Source: Chlorokybus atmophyticus
Lineage: Eukaryota > Plantae > Mesostigma and Chlorokybus algae
DNA: 64,000 nucleotides
Direction of reading: 5' to 3'
NCBI GenBank assembly: GCA_009103225.1
Contig: RHPI01002204.1
Span: forward strand, 310,001 to 374,000
Positions 1-13,265 of this stretch are shown here, in pieces. A program made the translations under genes and the position numbers. The notes under the pieces were generated by a model. That model was given only the letters and a program-made list of their open reading frames with translations. It was not told the DNA's origin and did not search any database. Each line of letters starts with the position of its first letter. Within the stretch, counting starts at the first letter, position 1.

Positions 1-1765
1 GCTTTGTGCCTAATCAGCTGCATGGCGTTCTTCCAGTCCCACAAGACTATCAGGCCGTCATGGTGACCCTCGACAGACACCAGATGCTTGCCTGCGTAGA
101 TAGTGCATGATGTGTGAGACGACAAGCAGTGAAGCTAAACTAGTCCATCAACAGCTTAGTGCCAGTATCAGCGATCGCATACACGTCGGCCCATTAAACT
201 GCTTTGATGCATGTTATGCTTGCAGGGACGCTTTGAAACACTATCCCCGAGAGCGGACATAAAGCATTGCAATCAAGTGGAAACTAGGTTGACATATAAG
301 CGATAACGCATGCAGTGACCTATCAGACATTGAACCAAGTTCAGGCAGGTGTATTAGCCAATCGGTTATTGAAGAATCAGTTGCCGTTTTGAACAAGCAA
401 CCAACAACTGCACTGACTACAGACTCGACCAAACACCCTCACCGCAACCGAAACAGCCAATCAGCACAAACCAACAAACCACCCCAACCAAGCCCTCAAC
501 CGATCAATGCTCAGCCGGTCAGCAAAGCAGACGTGCGCAATGCATAAAGTACATCGTTACCGGATGCTGATGCCGCAAAGCATGCACTGCCGTATTGATG
601 AGTCTTGAGCTCCGCCACAATGCCGCCCATGGTCGTGTCCCATACAACAACAGCTGGCTGATGACCACTCTGTGCACAGACAACCACATCAGCATTGGTC
701 TGAATGTGCATGTGGTTGTGTGCACGCACTCTCACCTCGCTAGCAGCAAGGTACTGCCACGAAAGCGCGATGTAATGAAGGCATGTGAGGGCCTTGCAAG
801 TTCGTGTGTTGAGCAGAAACTGCGTCTGCCAGTCCTAGCGCGGGCTGTTTGAGCAAGACGATGTAAGTACTGCAGATGCAGCACAGCACAACACAGCACA
901 ACGACATGCTTTGCAAGTGATGTAGCACGATGTACACAGTGGTATGCAAAGTTGGAGTACTTGCCAGGCACTGAGTGTGGTGCAGGGCAACAGGGTGCGC
1001 TACCAACATGTAAAAGTGGGCAACAGTCAACTACAGTGTAGATGTAGTAGAGTAGTGCGACAAGTTGAGACTACTGCCGTACAGCAATTTGGTGTAAACT
1101 GCAACAACACAGCGGAGTGACTCAAAGTCCACAAACAGCTCGGCGAGCAGCAGTAAGTTGTTGCAATCCGCAGTAATGTGCAACGCACACCAGTCCAAGG
1201 CAGGCCAATCGCATGCACGCGCATGGAAAACCTAACTGGAGTACTGTGGAACTTGATTGTTAAGCCTTCAGGCATGTTTGCAGCTTGCATGCCGATTATG
1301 TCACCTATACACGACAACAACCCGGCCGGCGATGTAAGCGACGTCTCCCGGCAGAGTTGCCAACGAACGCGCTCTGGTTGCATGCCGTCAACCCGGTCAC
1401 GCGCTCCAGCACACAACACTTGAGCGCTAACTCAGTTTACGACCTATGTCATACGTTGCAACTCCTTCTACGCATTGGCAAGATAGATCCCTCCCACTTC
1501 CAAGCTGAGGTTATCATCGGCTTGTGTCAAATTGCGTAATGGAAGTGTGTGCAGCATTAGTACGGCAATGCTGTAACAGCACAAACAAACTGTTGTCGTG
1601 CTCACAACACCTAATCAAAGTATAAAACAGTGGTACAAACAGAAAGAGAGCATCGATCAAGATTATGGTAGTGCAACCCTCATTCACATCATCACACAAC
1701 CGACACACCTTGCTTCTTGGATCCTGTGCCTGGCGGCGGCTAGTCCGCCGCCGCACCGCCGCCAT
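1..1765 (-). CDS. WDR62/MAPKBP1-like WD40 protein, 5' part (continues off the left edge); frameshift near 1348
   Basis: Minus-strand exon translations: LERVTGLT..GDVAYIAGRVVVVY (~1301-1410), SGHQPAVVVWD..VAELKTHQYG (~560-699) and GKHLVSVEGHHDGLIVLWDWK (1-91) follow the order of the WDR62/MAPKBP1 N-terminal repeats. Putative first exon 1709-1765 (MAAVRRRTSRRQAQDPRSK|gt). The upstream exon structure is tentative. Confidence 0.6.
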
Positions 1766-1959
1766 CGCCAGCGGATCAGACCACAAGTTCGCAACCGCCC
1801 AACACGCCCCCACAGTCATCGGCGGCGCTATCGCCGACCACCCCGTCGACATCGCCGCCCTGGCCGCCGACAGCTTTTCCCGCCAACGGTTTCATCCATT
1901 TCAAACATTCAATTCATTCGCAGGCAAACAGCATGCTTTGCGGAGACAGAACAAAGCCA

Positions 1960-1967
1960 AAACCCTA
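1960..1967 (+). promoter_or_regulatory. telo-box-like motif AAACCCTA upstream of ITPA
   Basis: AAACCCTA ends 56 nt before the first ITPA ATG, in the GC-rich region between the divergent genes. The telo-box is a known plant promoter element; its function here is inferred. Confidence 0.35.
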
Positions 1968-2023
1968 GCCTGAGCGGCGGGGTTTTGGGGGTGGGCGGCG
2001 GGGCGGCTGGAGGTGTGTGCTTC

Positions 2024-4149
2024 ATGAGCGTGACCGTTTTGGCTGGGCGGGGACTGCTTGTCAGCGGAGCCGTTGCTGCTAGCAAGGGTAGCTTTGCGGC
2101 AAGCAGCAGGCAGCATTGCCGCCGCAGCGCTCTGCGTGCTGTCGCCGCCACCAACATGGCGGAGGACAAGGCGGAAGTGGCGGAGGCGGCAACGGCCGTC
2201 GTGACGTTTGTCACCGGCAACAAAAACAAGCTGGCGGAGGTGCAGGCCATCACGAGGGGCGTCGTACCCATGCGACACCAGAAACTGGACTGTGAGTACT
2301 AACCAGCTGATTGAGCATGACTGCGCGATTGCTGTAATTCCCTAACCACAAAGTAAAGTTTGATGCAATGTTGAGTTATTGGTAATCCAACCCATTTACA
2401 TGACTCTGCATGCACCACCAGCATGGCATGGCGTGGGGACCCAGAGGAAGTGCCCTCTGTTTATCCTTGCTTATGCGTGAGGCCAGTGACTGCTGCGTAA
2501 ACAAATGGAAATGCAGTGCAGCAAAGCCATATGTGCGGTGTCACTGTCAAAGCACAATGACTGCGTTACAATTAGCATATGAACAGCCATATCAATAGTT
2601 GCACATACGCATTGCTTTGCATGCATGTGCCAGTGTTAGGGCATGTGCACAGTCGCGTCCTTATAACGAGGGAGAGCTTGATGTGTGCTCATGTATCTGC
2701 GTGGCTGCCTGCGCATGCATTACGAGCATGAACACAGCCATGAATTCAGTCGACTTATGACACAGGCCTCTATTCATGCATGGTCCGGTTGCCATGGGTT
2801 TCAAGGCAGGCAACATCCTGCTGATCACCATCACTCAGCCATTGCATTCTTTGCACAGATTGTGTTGTCATACTATCTTGTGATGTCCAGCATGTTGACT
2901 GAGCAGTGCCAGAGCTGCAAGGAGAGCCAGAGGAGATATCCAAGGAAAAATGCCGCATTGCTGCACGTCAGGTCAGTCCCGTCCATCCCCCAAGATGAAT
3001 GGACCCCTCGCGCATTTGCCTGTGGCAATGTCATGTGCTCTTCTATCCAGTATTGGTCGTTGTTGCTTGTTGTGGTCGTTGTAGCTATGTCGCGGTTGCA
3101 TGATAGGTACGGATTCTTGTATTGTGCCTGTCTTGTCAACTTCACTTAGGGAGGGAGTAGTGGCATGACATTATGTTGTTGGGCAGAGGCAACGCATTGA
3201 TAACCTGTAAACACGCAGATTGATGGTCCGGTTTTGGTGGAGGATACATGCCTGTGTTTCAATGCTTTGAAGGGGCTGCCAGGTATGCCATGTTGGCCGC
3301 ATGTTGGCTCGTGAAGCAGATCTAGTTGGGGCATACATCCTAACCATAAGCATGCAAGTTCTGACATGGTGCAAACTTGTCTGTGTTGGGACGTGGACAC
3401 GTCAACCTGAAGGCCCCTACATGTAAGTGTTTCAGGATGCTTCCCTGGCTAGGTACTATTCTCCTGTCTCATGCTAGCCAGCGCTGATATGTCGTTTCTT
3501 GATGCTGCATTTCTGCTGATGCATCGCAGCAAATGGTTTCTGGAGAAGCTTGGCCATGATGGTACGTCCTCTAAACATAGTTACAAGCATTTCATTACAG
3601 ATTATGTACGCGTGATAAAGCTATTAATAATAGTTTCATTGCTAAACGCAAAGTGGCGTGCAGGGTTGAACACAATGCTCTCTGGCTTTGATGACAAGAC
3701 TGCGTATGCCCTATGCGTTTTCTCTTACTTGGAGAGCCCTGAAAGCGAGCCCGTCACATTCTCCGGCAGAACTGAGGTAGTGTGGCCCGCACAAAGCACT
3801 CTACAGGCAGCTTGTGAGTGCATACTGCATGCTTGGTTGAGTGATAATTTCGTTTTGTTTGCTCTGCTGCAGGGAAGGATTGTGCCTGCAAGAGGGCCGC
3901 CTGACTTTGGCTGGGATCCAATATTTGAGCCTGATGGCTATGAGCAGACGTACGTGTGCGCACTTGTGACAGTCACTGGGGTCATGAATGTTAGGTCGTG
4001 GCACACTCTGCTTGTGTTTGAAGGATTCCATTGCTTGCTGCAGGTACGCGGAAATGCCAAAAGAGGAGAAGAACAAGATCTCGCATAGAGGACGCGCGCT
4101 GGAGTTGGTTCGGCAGCATCTTCAGGGTGCCAAACCATTGAAACAATGA
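2024..4149 (+). CDS. ITPA: inosine triphosphate pyrophosphatase (Ham1/ITPase), 8 exons
   Basis: Exons 2024(or 2156)-2291, 2907-2971, 3219-3282, 3413-3422, 3530-3561, 3664-3776, 3873-3949 and 4044-4149 all have GT-AG borders. They splice in frame to [56 protein letters not shown], with all family motifs including SHR intact. Confidence 0.95.
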
Positions 4150-5249
4150 AGGTGGGACTAGCCTACAACCCCCGTACCATGTAGGGTGTTGCCCTCAGAT
4201 ATTGTCATCAGCTCTGGTCCGCACGAAGCTTGAGTAGTGGTTGCTGTTGAACTTGCTCGTTATTGTTATGACATGCAACACTATGACGCATGGCTGCCGC
4301 CATTGTCGTGCTGTTTACATGGACGTGCGGCAGTCCTGACATGTCCCAGTGCACCACCTCCGCCTTGTGTGTGACTGTTCAGCCATTAGGGCCCATGCCC
4401 AGGCCTTGAACGATTACTGCGATGCAAGCTGGTTGGTTGCTTGTTTACCTCGTACTCAGTGACTAGCTGCTATTCACTGCTGTCATGCACCTTGTTTGTC
4501 TGTGCACAGTGAATGGTTAGAATGCGTACATTCAGGTTATCATAACTTTGATACCCCGAGAGAGAACGCTTTCCTGAAATGTATTGCATTCTCCATTTAA
4601 GACGCTGGCATTACCCACACCCAGTGATAACGGTGCAACCTTTTGTGGCTTGGCAAAAAGTGCATGCCTCCAAGTGCAACCGGTGACTGATGGCGAAATT
4701 CTAACATAAGTTGTGTATAATACATCATGCTAAGCTAACAAACACCGTTGACTAAAAGCAATGAAGCGAGATAACCTACATGCATACACTCTTAGATGTT
4801 GTTTTACTGTCACAAGTGATGGTCAAATGTATGTATATAAGGGGTATATGACATTGCAATATGCAATGTATGATATTATATGCTCGTAATGATGATTAGT
4901 CAACTTACTTTGAATGTCCTTAAATAGGTCATGACCATTCCCACTATGGTGCTATGATTGATAATGCCATTGTTAATGTCTTTCAGATATTTGAAACATA
5001 ATCGCGTTGAGATCTATGGACTGTTTCACAGTAAAGTTCCTTGCCAACAGCAGCGATCTTGCGAGAATTGATAGGTTTCGCCACTCACAAAAATGGACCT
5101 CTGCCGATCGTCGCAAGTGGATTGCCGATTGTGACAAGTCATAGCAATCATCCGGCTTCAGTAACATTACAAATAGGGATCATTGGAATAATGGCGGAAT
5201 AGTAATCCGCAATTAATGTTAGGCTAGGTTCATTGCAATATTTATAAAT

Positions 5250-8200
5250 TCCAACCTGACTTCTGTAGTGGCCTGGCTTCTGTAGTGGATGCAGCCACAG
5301 TAGGCTGCAACTTGCTGTTCCAGCTGATCACCCCACCACCACTTGCTTGTACACATAGCCAGTAGTTGACCTTCATGTATCAATATCACCAGCGTAGTCT
5401 GCAACACAGTAGCCCCGTAGTTCTACGCTGCCCTGGCCATACTTGATGCCCATTGCCGATGTTGTTGACAAATAGCGCAGCACTCCCTTTGCTGCCAACC
5501 AATGCTGCATCGTCGGAGCTGACATGTAGCGTGCTAACTGTCCCACAGCATGTGCAATGTCTGGTCTTGATACCACTGAAAAGTAGAGAAGACTTCCAAC
5601 AAGCTCATAGTAGGGATACCTCTGCTTGTCTAACTCCTCATCACTGTTTTCGGCTCTGATCAACAGAGCTCCAACGCTCGGGGGTACCTCTCTCATTTTT
5701 GCGTCATCCAGACCAAATGTTGCCACCAATTGCTTCACCATCTGCTCTAAAGTGATGCGGATGATTCCTGAAGCCCCGTTCCTTGAGACAACCATACTGA
5801 GGAAGTATGTGGTCTCGTTTAGATCTCTGCACTCGAATGCAGTCTTTAGCTGAGGCTTCACTCGCTGAACATCACACATTCCTATTGCTGCAATCATGAT
5901 GTCATCCACGTACACCAACAACCACATCCTCTTGTTCCCATGATAGAACAAGCTAGGATATGCCAGACTTGCAGTGAAGCCTTGTTTCTTCAGCTCCTTG
6001 CAGAGTCTCACATGCCACACTCTTGGTGCTTGCTTCAGCCCGTACGATGCCTTGACCAGCTTGCATGCACTACCAGGTGGTCCCTCCTGATACTCTTTTT
6101 GTTACTGATGGTAGATCTCCTCCTCCAGCTCACTATACAGAAAGGCTGTCTTAACATTAAGGTGATGAAACTCCAAGTTGTCCACAGCAACAACTGCCAC
6201 CATAGCTCTGAAAGTTGCCAACTCCCCAGCTGGAGCAAATACTTCATTGAAGTCACCTCCTAGCTGTTGCGAACGCTTGGCGAAAAGCCTGGCCTTGTAT
6301 CTCAATGTTGCCATGACCATCTCTCTTCACCTTATACACCCACTTGACAGGGATGGGCTTTGTTCCTGGGGGTGGAACCTCCAGCTCCCAAGTATCATTA
6401 GCATGCAGCGACGCAACTTCTTCATCCATTGCCTGGCGCCATTGCTCTAAATCAGCTGCTCGCAGTGCTTTTTCATACGTTGCAGGCTCCGTTTCTTTCA
6501 AAGTTTAAAGTTTACATTGGAATTTGCCAGAAATGACTGCACATGACACCAATCAGGCTGATTCCTCTCACGCTATGATTATGCTCGCTGGCTGCTGTGT
6601 TGCTGAGCATGCTGCTGATGATGTCTCTGCCCACCACCTGCTGCAGCACTGCTTCTTGTAGGGTTGAGCTCCCTTTCCTCAGGCTCAGAATCACTTCTAC
6701 CCGAATAAGGCATGGTGTCTTCAGTGTTGATTCAGGGCAATGCTGACCTTCATCTTCATCATCAGAGCTCCTGTCTTCATCACCAGAACTGTCGCTGTGA
6801 TTAGGGCTCTTCTGCTGCTGTGTTCCCACGCCTTTATGGAAGACAACATCTCTGCTGAGGATGATTTCTTTGGTCTTGTCCACCAACACTCAGTATGCCT
6901 TTGAGTCTGGTTCATACCCAAGGAAATACCCTTCTGGCTAGCGGGATCCAGCTTTTTCTTATTCTGCTTGGGTACTAGCACATACGCAATGCAGCCAAAC
7001 ACCCGCATATTGCTTACATCAAGAGCCTGCTTATGAAACAGCTCCCATGGAATCTTTGCCAAAGCACGTACATATGACCTGTTCCTGATGTAGCTGGCTG
7101 TCAGGACCGCCTCTGCCCACTAGCAATACTCCAGCTTGGCCACACTAGTTATCGCTCTCACTCTCTTCTTCAGACTCAAGTACAGCCTCTCTGTTGCGCC
7201 ATTCTGCTATGGAGTGTAAGGAGCAGTTGTCTGATCAACAATGCCTTATGCAGACCAGAGGGATACCAACTCTTTATTCAAAAGTTCTCCACCCCTGTCA
7301 CTGCGCACTGTCTTCACACTGTGCCCTAATTGCGTCTTCATCTAGAGCAATACCTCCTTCACCACAGCTGGTACATCAGACTTCAACTTGATAGGACGAC
7401 CATGATGGAAAGCTTTGAGAAGTTGTTTGTCAAGGAAGGTGACAATGTACGCAGCTCCCCCCTTTGACTTCTAAGACAATGGACCACACACATCTGTGTG
7501 CACTAGCTGACCCACGTGCTCGCTGACATTCTCTGAACTTGAAAAGAGCTGCCTATGCATCTTAGACAACACACATTGCTCACACAACACTCCCCTGGCA
7601 TCCTTGACCTGCTGTTTAGTCACATTGATGCCTTTGACCAGATGTGCAGCAATCAGCCAGATGAGGTTGTCATAGCCCAGATGACCGTATCTTCTATGCC
7701 AAAGCTCAGCTAGATCTGCCGTTATAGCCACCAACGCAGTACCAGACTCTGCCTCTTCTATCTTATTTTGACCTCCAGGCTGTTCCCCGTGCAGTCAAGC
7801 AGAGCTTGCCATCGAACTGCCAACCTGCACTTGTCTCCTTCTCTAGATAGTTAGGCACCTGCCTTTAGAGCACTCCGGACAGAGAAGAGGCTTGCCTGTA
7901 CACCAGGTACATGGAGGACTGACTTCAACTCCACCCTTTGTACACCTTCTCCAACCTCGCACTGAAGCACAGCCTGTACACTTCACATCTAGAGTATGTC
8001 CAAAGGCTTCCATCGTGCGAGGTGTCACTTGAGCCTTGCACTCGTGAAGTAGACCATCAGCAGAAGTCAAATGAGTACACCCAGGATTTAACACCCACCC
8101 AGGACATTGCCTGCTTGTGAATGCTGTGAAGGCTATTGCACCTCCACCACCACCATTGTTCTGCCCTCAAGAAGTATTGCCCTTCCCAGCCTTCTTCTCC

Positions 8201-9495
8201 TTCAGCTGCGGACAATCCCTCTTCAGATGACCTTCCTGCTTACACGGGTAACACTGGCCTCTGAAGAGCTTCTTCTTCTTCTGTTCTCCCTTGCCACCAC
8301 CACTGCTGCCACCATGGTTGTTGTTGCTGGTGTTGCCATTGCTGCTAGTTGCATCTCCACTGATTCTGCATCTCGCTGCATAGGCACTGGCATCACCATC
8401 AGCATCGTTGTTTATGATCTTGGACTCTGTCTTCAGCAGCACAGGCAAAATCTCACAGTTTCAACCTTGATGATGCACTCCTTCCTTCCAGCAAGATGAC
8501 CACAACTTCATACTCTGTAGGCAGCTCGGACAGCACGCTCGGACACAGATCATACTCTGAGACAGTCTTTCCCATAAAGGTTAAATCATTCTTGAGCTGT
8601 TGTGCACGTCTTATATACTCTATAACTATCTCTGAACTCAGCTTTCTTGAACTATTGAATGCTTGCTTTAGCTCAATCTTACGGCTAACAGAGCGTGTAG
8701 CAAACAGATTTTTCAATACTTCCCATGCTGCTTTGGCATCAGAACATGACTGCAGCATTGGCCTATGAAACGGCTCAACATGCATGCACATTAAAGCCAA
8801 AGCAGGCATAATCTCCTTCTGCTAAGCAGACTCATTTTCAACATGTACACTTAGCTTTGGGTTGAACGTAGTCCCAGAACTCTTTGTAAATCAGCTTCAT
8901 CATCATCTCGAAGCTCCAGCTGGCGTAGTTGTCATTTCCAAGGGGTTTGATGGTATATATCTCAGGAGGCTCCTTATCTGCATCCATTATGATTGCCATT
9001 GGATTCTCCAAGCCGCTCAACCTTCAGCAAACTTCCAGCAGACCTCCTGCCCGTTAACCTACCCTCTTAGAACAGCTCCACCAACTTCCAGCAATGTTCC
9101 AACAACGTCCAACACAGAGGACAATCACTCTCTCAAGCTACACACAGCTCTAGCATAGGTGTGGGCCAATAGCCTGTCGACTGAAGCTATTGCATGCAAC
9201 CATGCACAGCATACAACATATACACGCAATGGTTGAGCTTGTGCAAGCTACACCGCCAGAGAACTGACTCGAAAGTAGACTGTATAGATAGGACGCGAGC
9301 TGCGTCCGCTCTAGGCCCTGACTTGTGTCTTATAAAAAAAAAAAACAGCCCGAATTTGCCAGTCCTAACTGCCTGCAGCCTATACACAACTGCAGTGGAG
9401 AGTAGCTTATCTAATGTCACTAGATAAGCTACTCAGAGTCCTAATAGACAAGCTGACTGCATACAAGTTATGAGAGTCATAAACCATACATAACA
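5250..9495 (-). mobile_element. Ty1/Copia retrotransposon (Copia-1), decayed, 3'-truncated in RNase H
   Basis: Minus-strand order: gag N-terminus (LGNDNYASW), CCHC (CYPCKQEGHLKRDC), pre-integrase (LWHRRYGHLG), integrase, RT (DFNEVFAP, NVKTAFL, VYVDDI) and RNase H start (DYAGDIDT). Many frameshifts and stops. No 3' LTR. Confidence 0.92.
9175..9495 (-). repeat. 5' LTR of Copia-1
   Basis: On the minus strand it runs TGTT..GACA and is followed by GGCTATTGGCCCA, a degenerate form of the half-tRNAiMet PBS GGTTATGGGCCCA. It shares ACAAGCTGACTG and a similar end with the Copia-2 LTR. Confidence 0.65.
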
Positions 9496-9601
9496 TGATT
9501 TATTCTCAACAATGTATGCTACATTGCATTACCAACCAGCACAGCGCATATATGCGTGAATGCCTGCGTATATACGTAGGCATCCACCTCGACCACTCCC
9601 A

Positions 9602-10989
9602 TGCATGGTGGCTAGGAAACATTGTCAACTTCTTTATCATTCAGAATATAGATCATTCAAAATACAAAAGCACCTTTACAGAATTTTAACATGAGGCGGC
9701 CATTATCATTTAGCTGGTGTAGCACCCACGCAACTGCAGCATGTCCACCATCTACCAGTAACTTCAAAGATAAACGAATTGATGCTGTCAATGGAGTTAT
9801 TAATGAAGTTATTAATGAGACACTACGTGAAGCATAACCCATGAAAGATAGCACTACGCCTCCAACACCATTGCGAATGTCGTCGCGCTTAGCAGCAACA
9901 AATCAATAGCTCTCATCACGATACTAAATATTGACTTTTACATGAGACATCAAATCTCACGAATGGGCATTAAAGTGAAGCATGAGTTGCTGTGCATAAC
10001 TTCTTACAAGTTACTTGTCGCGTCTAACTTTTAGTCAGCTTTTTGTGCATCACATGTACAAAGTCGATGCGCCGTGCATTACAGATGTACATGCCACAGT
10101 GTGGCAAGAGACAACATCGGGCGACATGCAAGCTTTGTGAATTTTTCACAAAAGCATATTTCTTATGTAATATCAATACAATTAAAGCTTAAGGCTAGTA
10201 GCTTCAAGCCTTGATGCTCCGGCTTCAAATGAGCTTTACCAAGTTGATGAAGCTAATCGCAACTTGCGATTAGCTCAAGAACATCTTTCGCGTTATAGGA
10301 AAAGTGCGATCAGAAAACCGTCATTATACTTGAATGGTTGGTATTTTGTAGCGATATTCATTTTAATACAAATGCCGTTATTACTGTGAATTGTTCTTAA
10401 GCTTTGAAAAGCTGCTTGCTACAGCATGAGCAACAATGCTGCCCCTCAAACAAACGTGTAAGAGAAAACAACCTTGATAACCCTGGTGCCTCCGTGAAGC
10501 AATGCTCAGGACGATAAAGAAAACCATTGAGTTGCCGACTTGCCGGTTCGGCAAACATACGATAAAACACGCCATGCGCAGCAGGAAAATATTGCCAAAA
10601 CATTATCAAGTCAAACCGAAGCCTCTGCCAATGCCGATACGCAATTTCTTCCTCCATAACGGTTACATGAGCACAAGTGGCAAGCTGAAGCTTTATCCCG
10701 GTGCATGAAAGACTATTGAAGTGCATAGGATGCTGTCACTGAGGCGCCAGAGCCCTATGCTACCACAGCTAATGTTTCAAATACATTTTGTATGACTTGC
10801 CACCAATTTACAGGTTATTGACATCGCGGGTATGTGTTTTGTATGTCACACCTACAAAGTATTTGCAATGCTGACCACTTCATTATGCATAGCATAGTAT
10901 GCTAGGAAACATTGTCAACTTACATATCGTTGCAGAATACAAAAGCACCTTTCAGGACTTTTAGCCTGAGGCGATCACCGCGATTAGCT
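9602..10989 (+). repeat. dispersed ~100-bp direct repeat pair (9602-9715 and 10891-10989)
   Basis: Both copies contain GCTAGGAAACATTGTCAACTT..AATACAAAAGCACCTTT..TGAGGCG..TTAGCT. Confidence 0.75.
10400..10730 (-). pseudogene. possible hAT transposase C-terminal (dimerisation) remnant
   Basis: DLIMFWQ..YRMFAEPAS followed by a shifted SATQWFS loosely resembles the hAT D.L.WW...L...PASSA.SER.FS pattern. Weak. Confidence 0.25.
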
Positions 10990-12857
10990 AATGTACTACC
11001 GGTGCAGGTGCGTGCGTAAGACCTATTAGCACTCACGCACGCACCTGCACCATGTTAAGCTGCCAACAGCTCCAAGATAACACAATCAGATGGAAACCAC
11101 AAATGAAGTCATTGGGATACGTATTATATATATACTTGTGCTCTATATACGTATTATATATATCATACAATATAGAGCACAACCTATTAAAGACACCACC
11201 CCTGCAACATCATTGCGAAGATTGTCACGCTTGGCAACAACAAACTCTCTCGTAGCTCTCACCATCGCAAAATACGACACTTGACGATTGTCTAGGTATA
11301 CATAACGGCCGTCAACCTGAGCATGGTGTTTTAGACGGCCGTTGCCCTAAGTACTTAGGGTAGATACCCGCCGTACCAATACGAGGGTCTGATACCAATG
11401 GCAGTCAATAGCATTCACTCGCCTTATTGAAAGCGGTCGTGACTTAATGTAACAGATACCTGTGGCATTACAGTGTGTTTTAGTCAAAATGTGCCTTGCA
11501 TACACCCGTTGAAAATTCAAAAAGCGACACTAGAACGTTTATTATAGAAGTTGGATGAGGATTTTCATATAGGTATGGAAAAACAAATAGGTTACATATC
11601 TCTTTACGACGGTTGTAAAGAGATATGTGTAAGTTGCGCAAAAAAATGCATGCATTAGGCAATTGAGAGCGACCTACGAAATCTCCAGCTCTTTAAAACG
11701 ATACGCGCCGATGACTTGGTGATTTAAACTTTAATATAAGTAAGAACGCTATACATCTTCCGCGCAGGCAAAGCTTATGCCGACCCGATCCGCGTTGTCA
11801 AGCGTGAAACCTCTTCTGTTGCGCTATTGGACCGCGTAGGTTGTAACGTAGTTATGATGTTGGGATGTGTATTAGCAGCGTTGAAATGCTTATAGTCGCG
11901 ACAATGTGACAGTGAAAGATGCATGGTCGACGCTGATTAATCAGCATCAATACATTGTTAAACTGTATCGGCTTTGCGCTGCCGATCAGCGCTTTAACCG
12001 CGCCGTTTATGAGTGCACATTGTTTAATCACCCGTTGTTACCGATAGTAAATCGGTGGTCACCGTTGTGGATAAGCAGTTGGTTGCGGCGTCATGTATTG
12101 TAAATAGGATTTCCGCACCGGATTGATGCACGGTATTTTCATACTACCATGCACGGTACACACTTTATACACTTTCAATACATAACTTTGTGATGGTAGT
12201 GTGTATTATGTCCATATATGGATTTAACAATCACATCAATTTTATTCTCTGTAGTGTAATACATACTATATTGTGATAAGTAGTACTTAACATGCTCAAT
12301 ATGTGTATATAGGCTTGACAAATGGTGTCATACAAAAAAAAGCAACACGACTGCGCGCATGTAATGTTTGCAAGTTGTATGTCGATCAGCAAGACACTAT
12401 ACTATCGTAGTGACCAGAACTATACGTATGAAAAATACTTCAAAGATGTTCTTGCACGTAAATTGTATTAGACCGCACTAGCACTCCAACGTATTGCCAG
12501 AAACCAGCCGCTAAAGGGCTGCGCGCCTCGTGCGCCAATGAGTTAATCATGTAATGCTTTGCAGGCACAATGTGAGAAGTCGCGAGCTTCGCGCGTAAAT
12601 AACGTTACATCTGAAACAGGCTGTGAGACGGCATACGCAGTCACAACTAGCAAGAGAAATTCAAAAGTGGACGTATTGATTTGGACACTACGGTGCACAT
12701 GTACACATGCATTGCGTAAATACATATGCTACTGGTATACTTACATGGTATGTGACATTAACACCGCCGAGCAACGATTAACACAAACGACTTCATACAC
12801 TGCTCTGCATTAGTCGTTGACGCCACGGGTAAATAGTCGTTAATTAGTCGTTGACAG

Positions 12858-13265
12858 CCGTTAACGCACGCCGGTTAAGGGGGCAACAGCGCCGACAAAG
12901 GCGGTGAACGCGCTCGCTTCACGGTCTATCTCCGATGCGAGACTTCATCGGAGCCGTCCGTGTAGTGCAATCTGAGAGCACCAGCAAGCAAAAGGCGTCT
13001 GGCGTCCTGATTGATATGTGCGCTTTTATTGTTATGACTGTGACTGGTGTGAGGCCACACACGCGCATACCGATGCACACGCAGCGACCGGGCTGTACCC
13101 TGGTGCGAACTTATTGGTGCGGCGACCAGGGCCGGTACACTGAGCGCCAGCATTGGTACAGCCTTCCCTTGTTATAAGAATTACGTCTGTCCTTACCCCT
13201 TTCATTCCACTAACGGGGTAATTCTCTTGATATTTAAGAGAATAGGTACTCTCGTACCGTTAACA
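12858..13265 (-). other. GTTAACGG-bounded, hairpin-rich segment A
   Basis: CCGTTAAC occurs at 12858 and 13257. Internal stems: CTCCGATG/CATCGGAG, GGCTGTACC/GGTACAGCC, CCCTGGT/ACCAGGG, ATTCTCTT/AAGAGAAT. Confidence 0.45.

Noticed and set aside
11100-11471. Second TRIM suggested by a minus-strand tRNAiMet PBS (TGGTATCAGA, ~11389-11398) beside a 72-bp TG..CA segment
   Set aside because: No matching second LTR or TSD was found; at most an unpaired relic.
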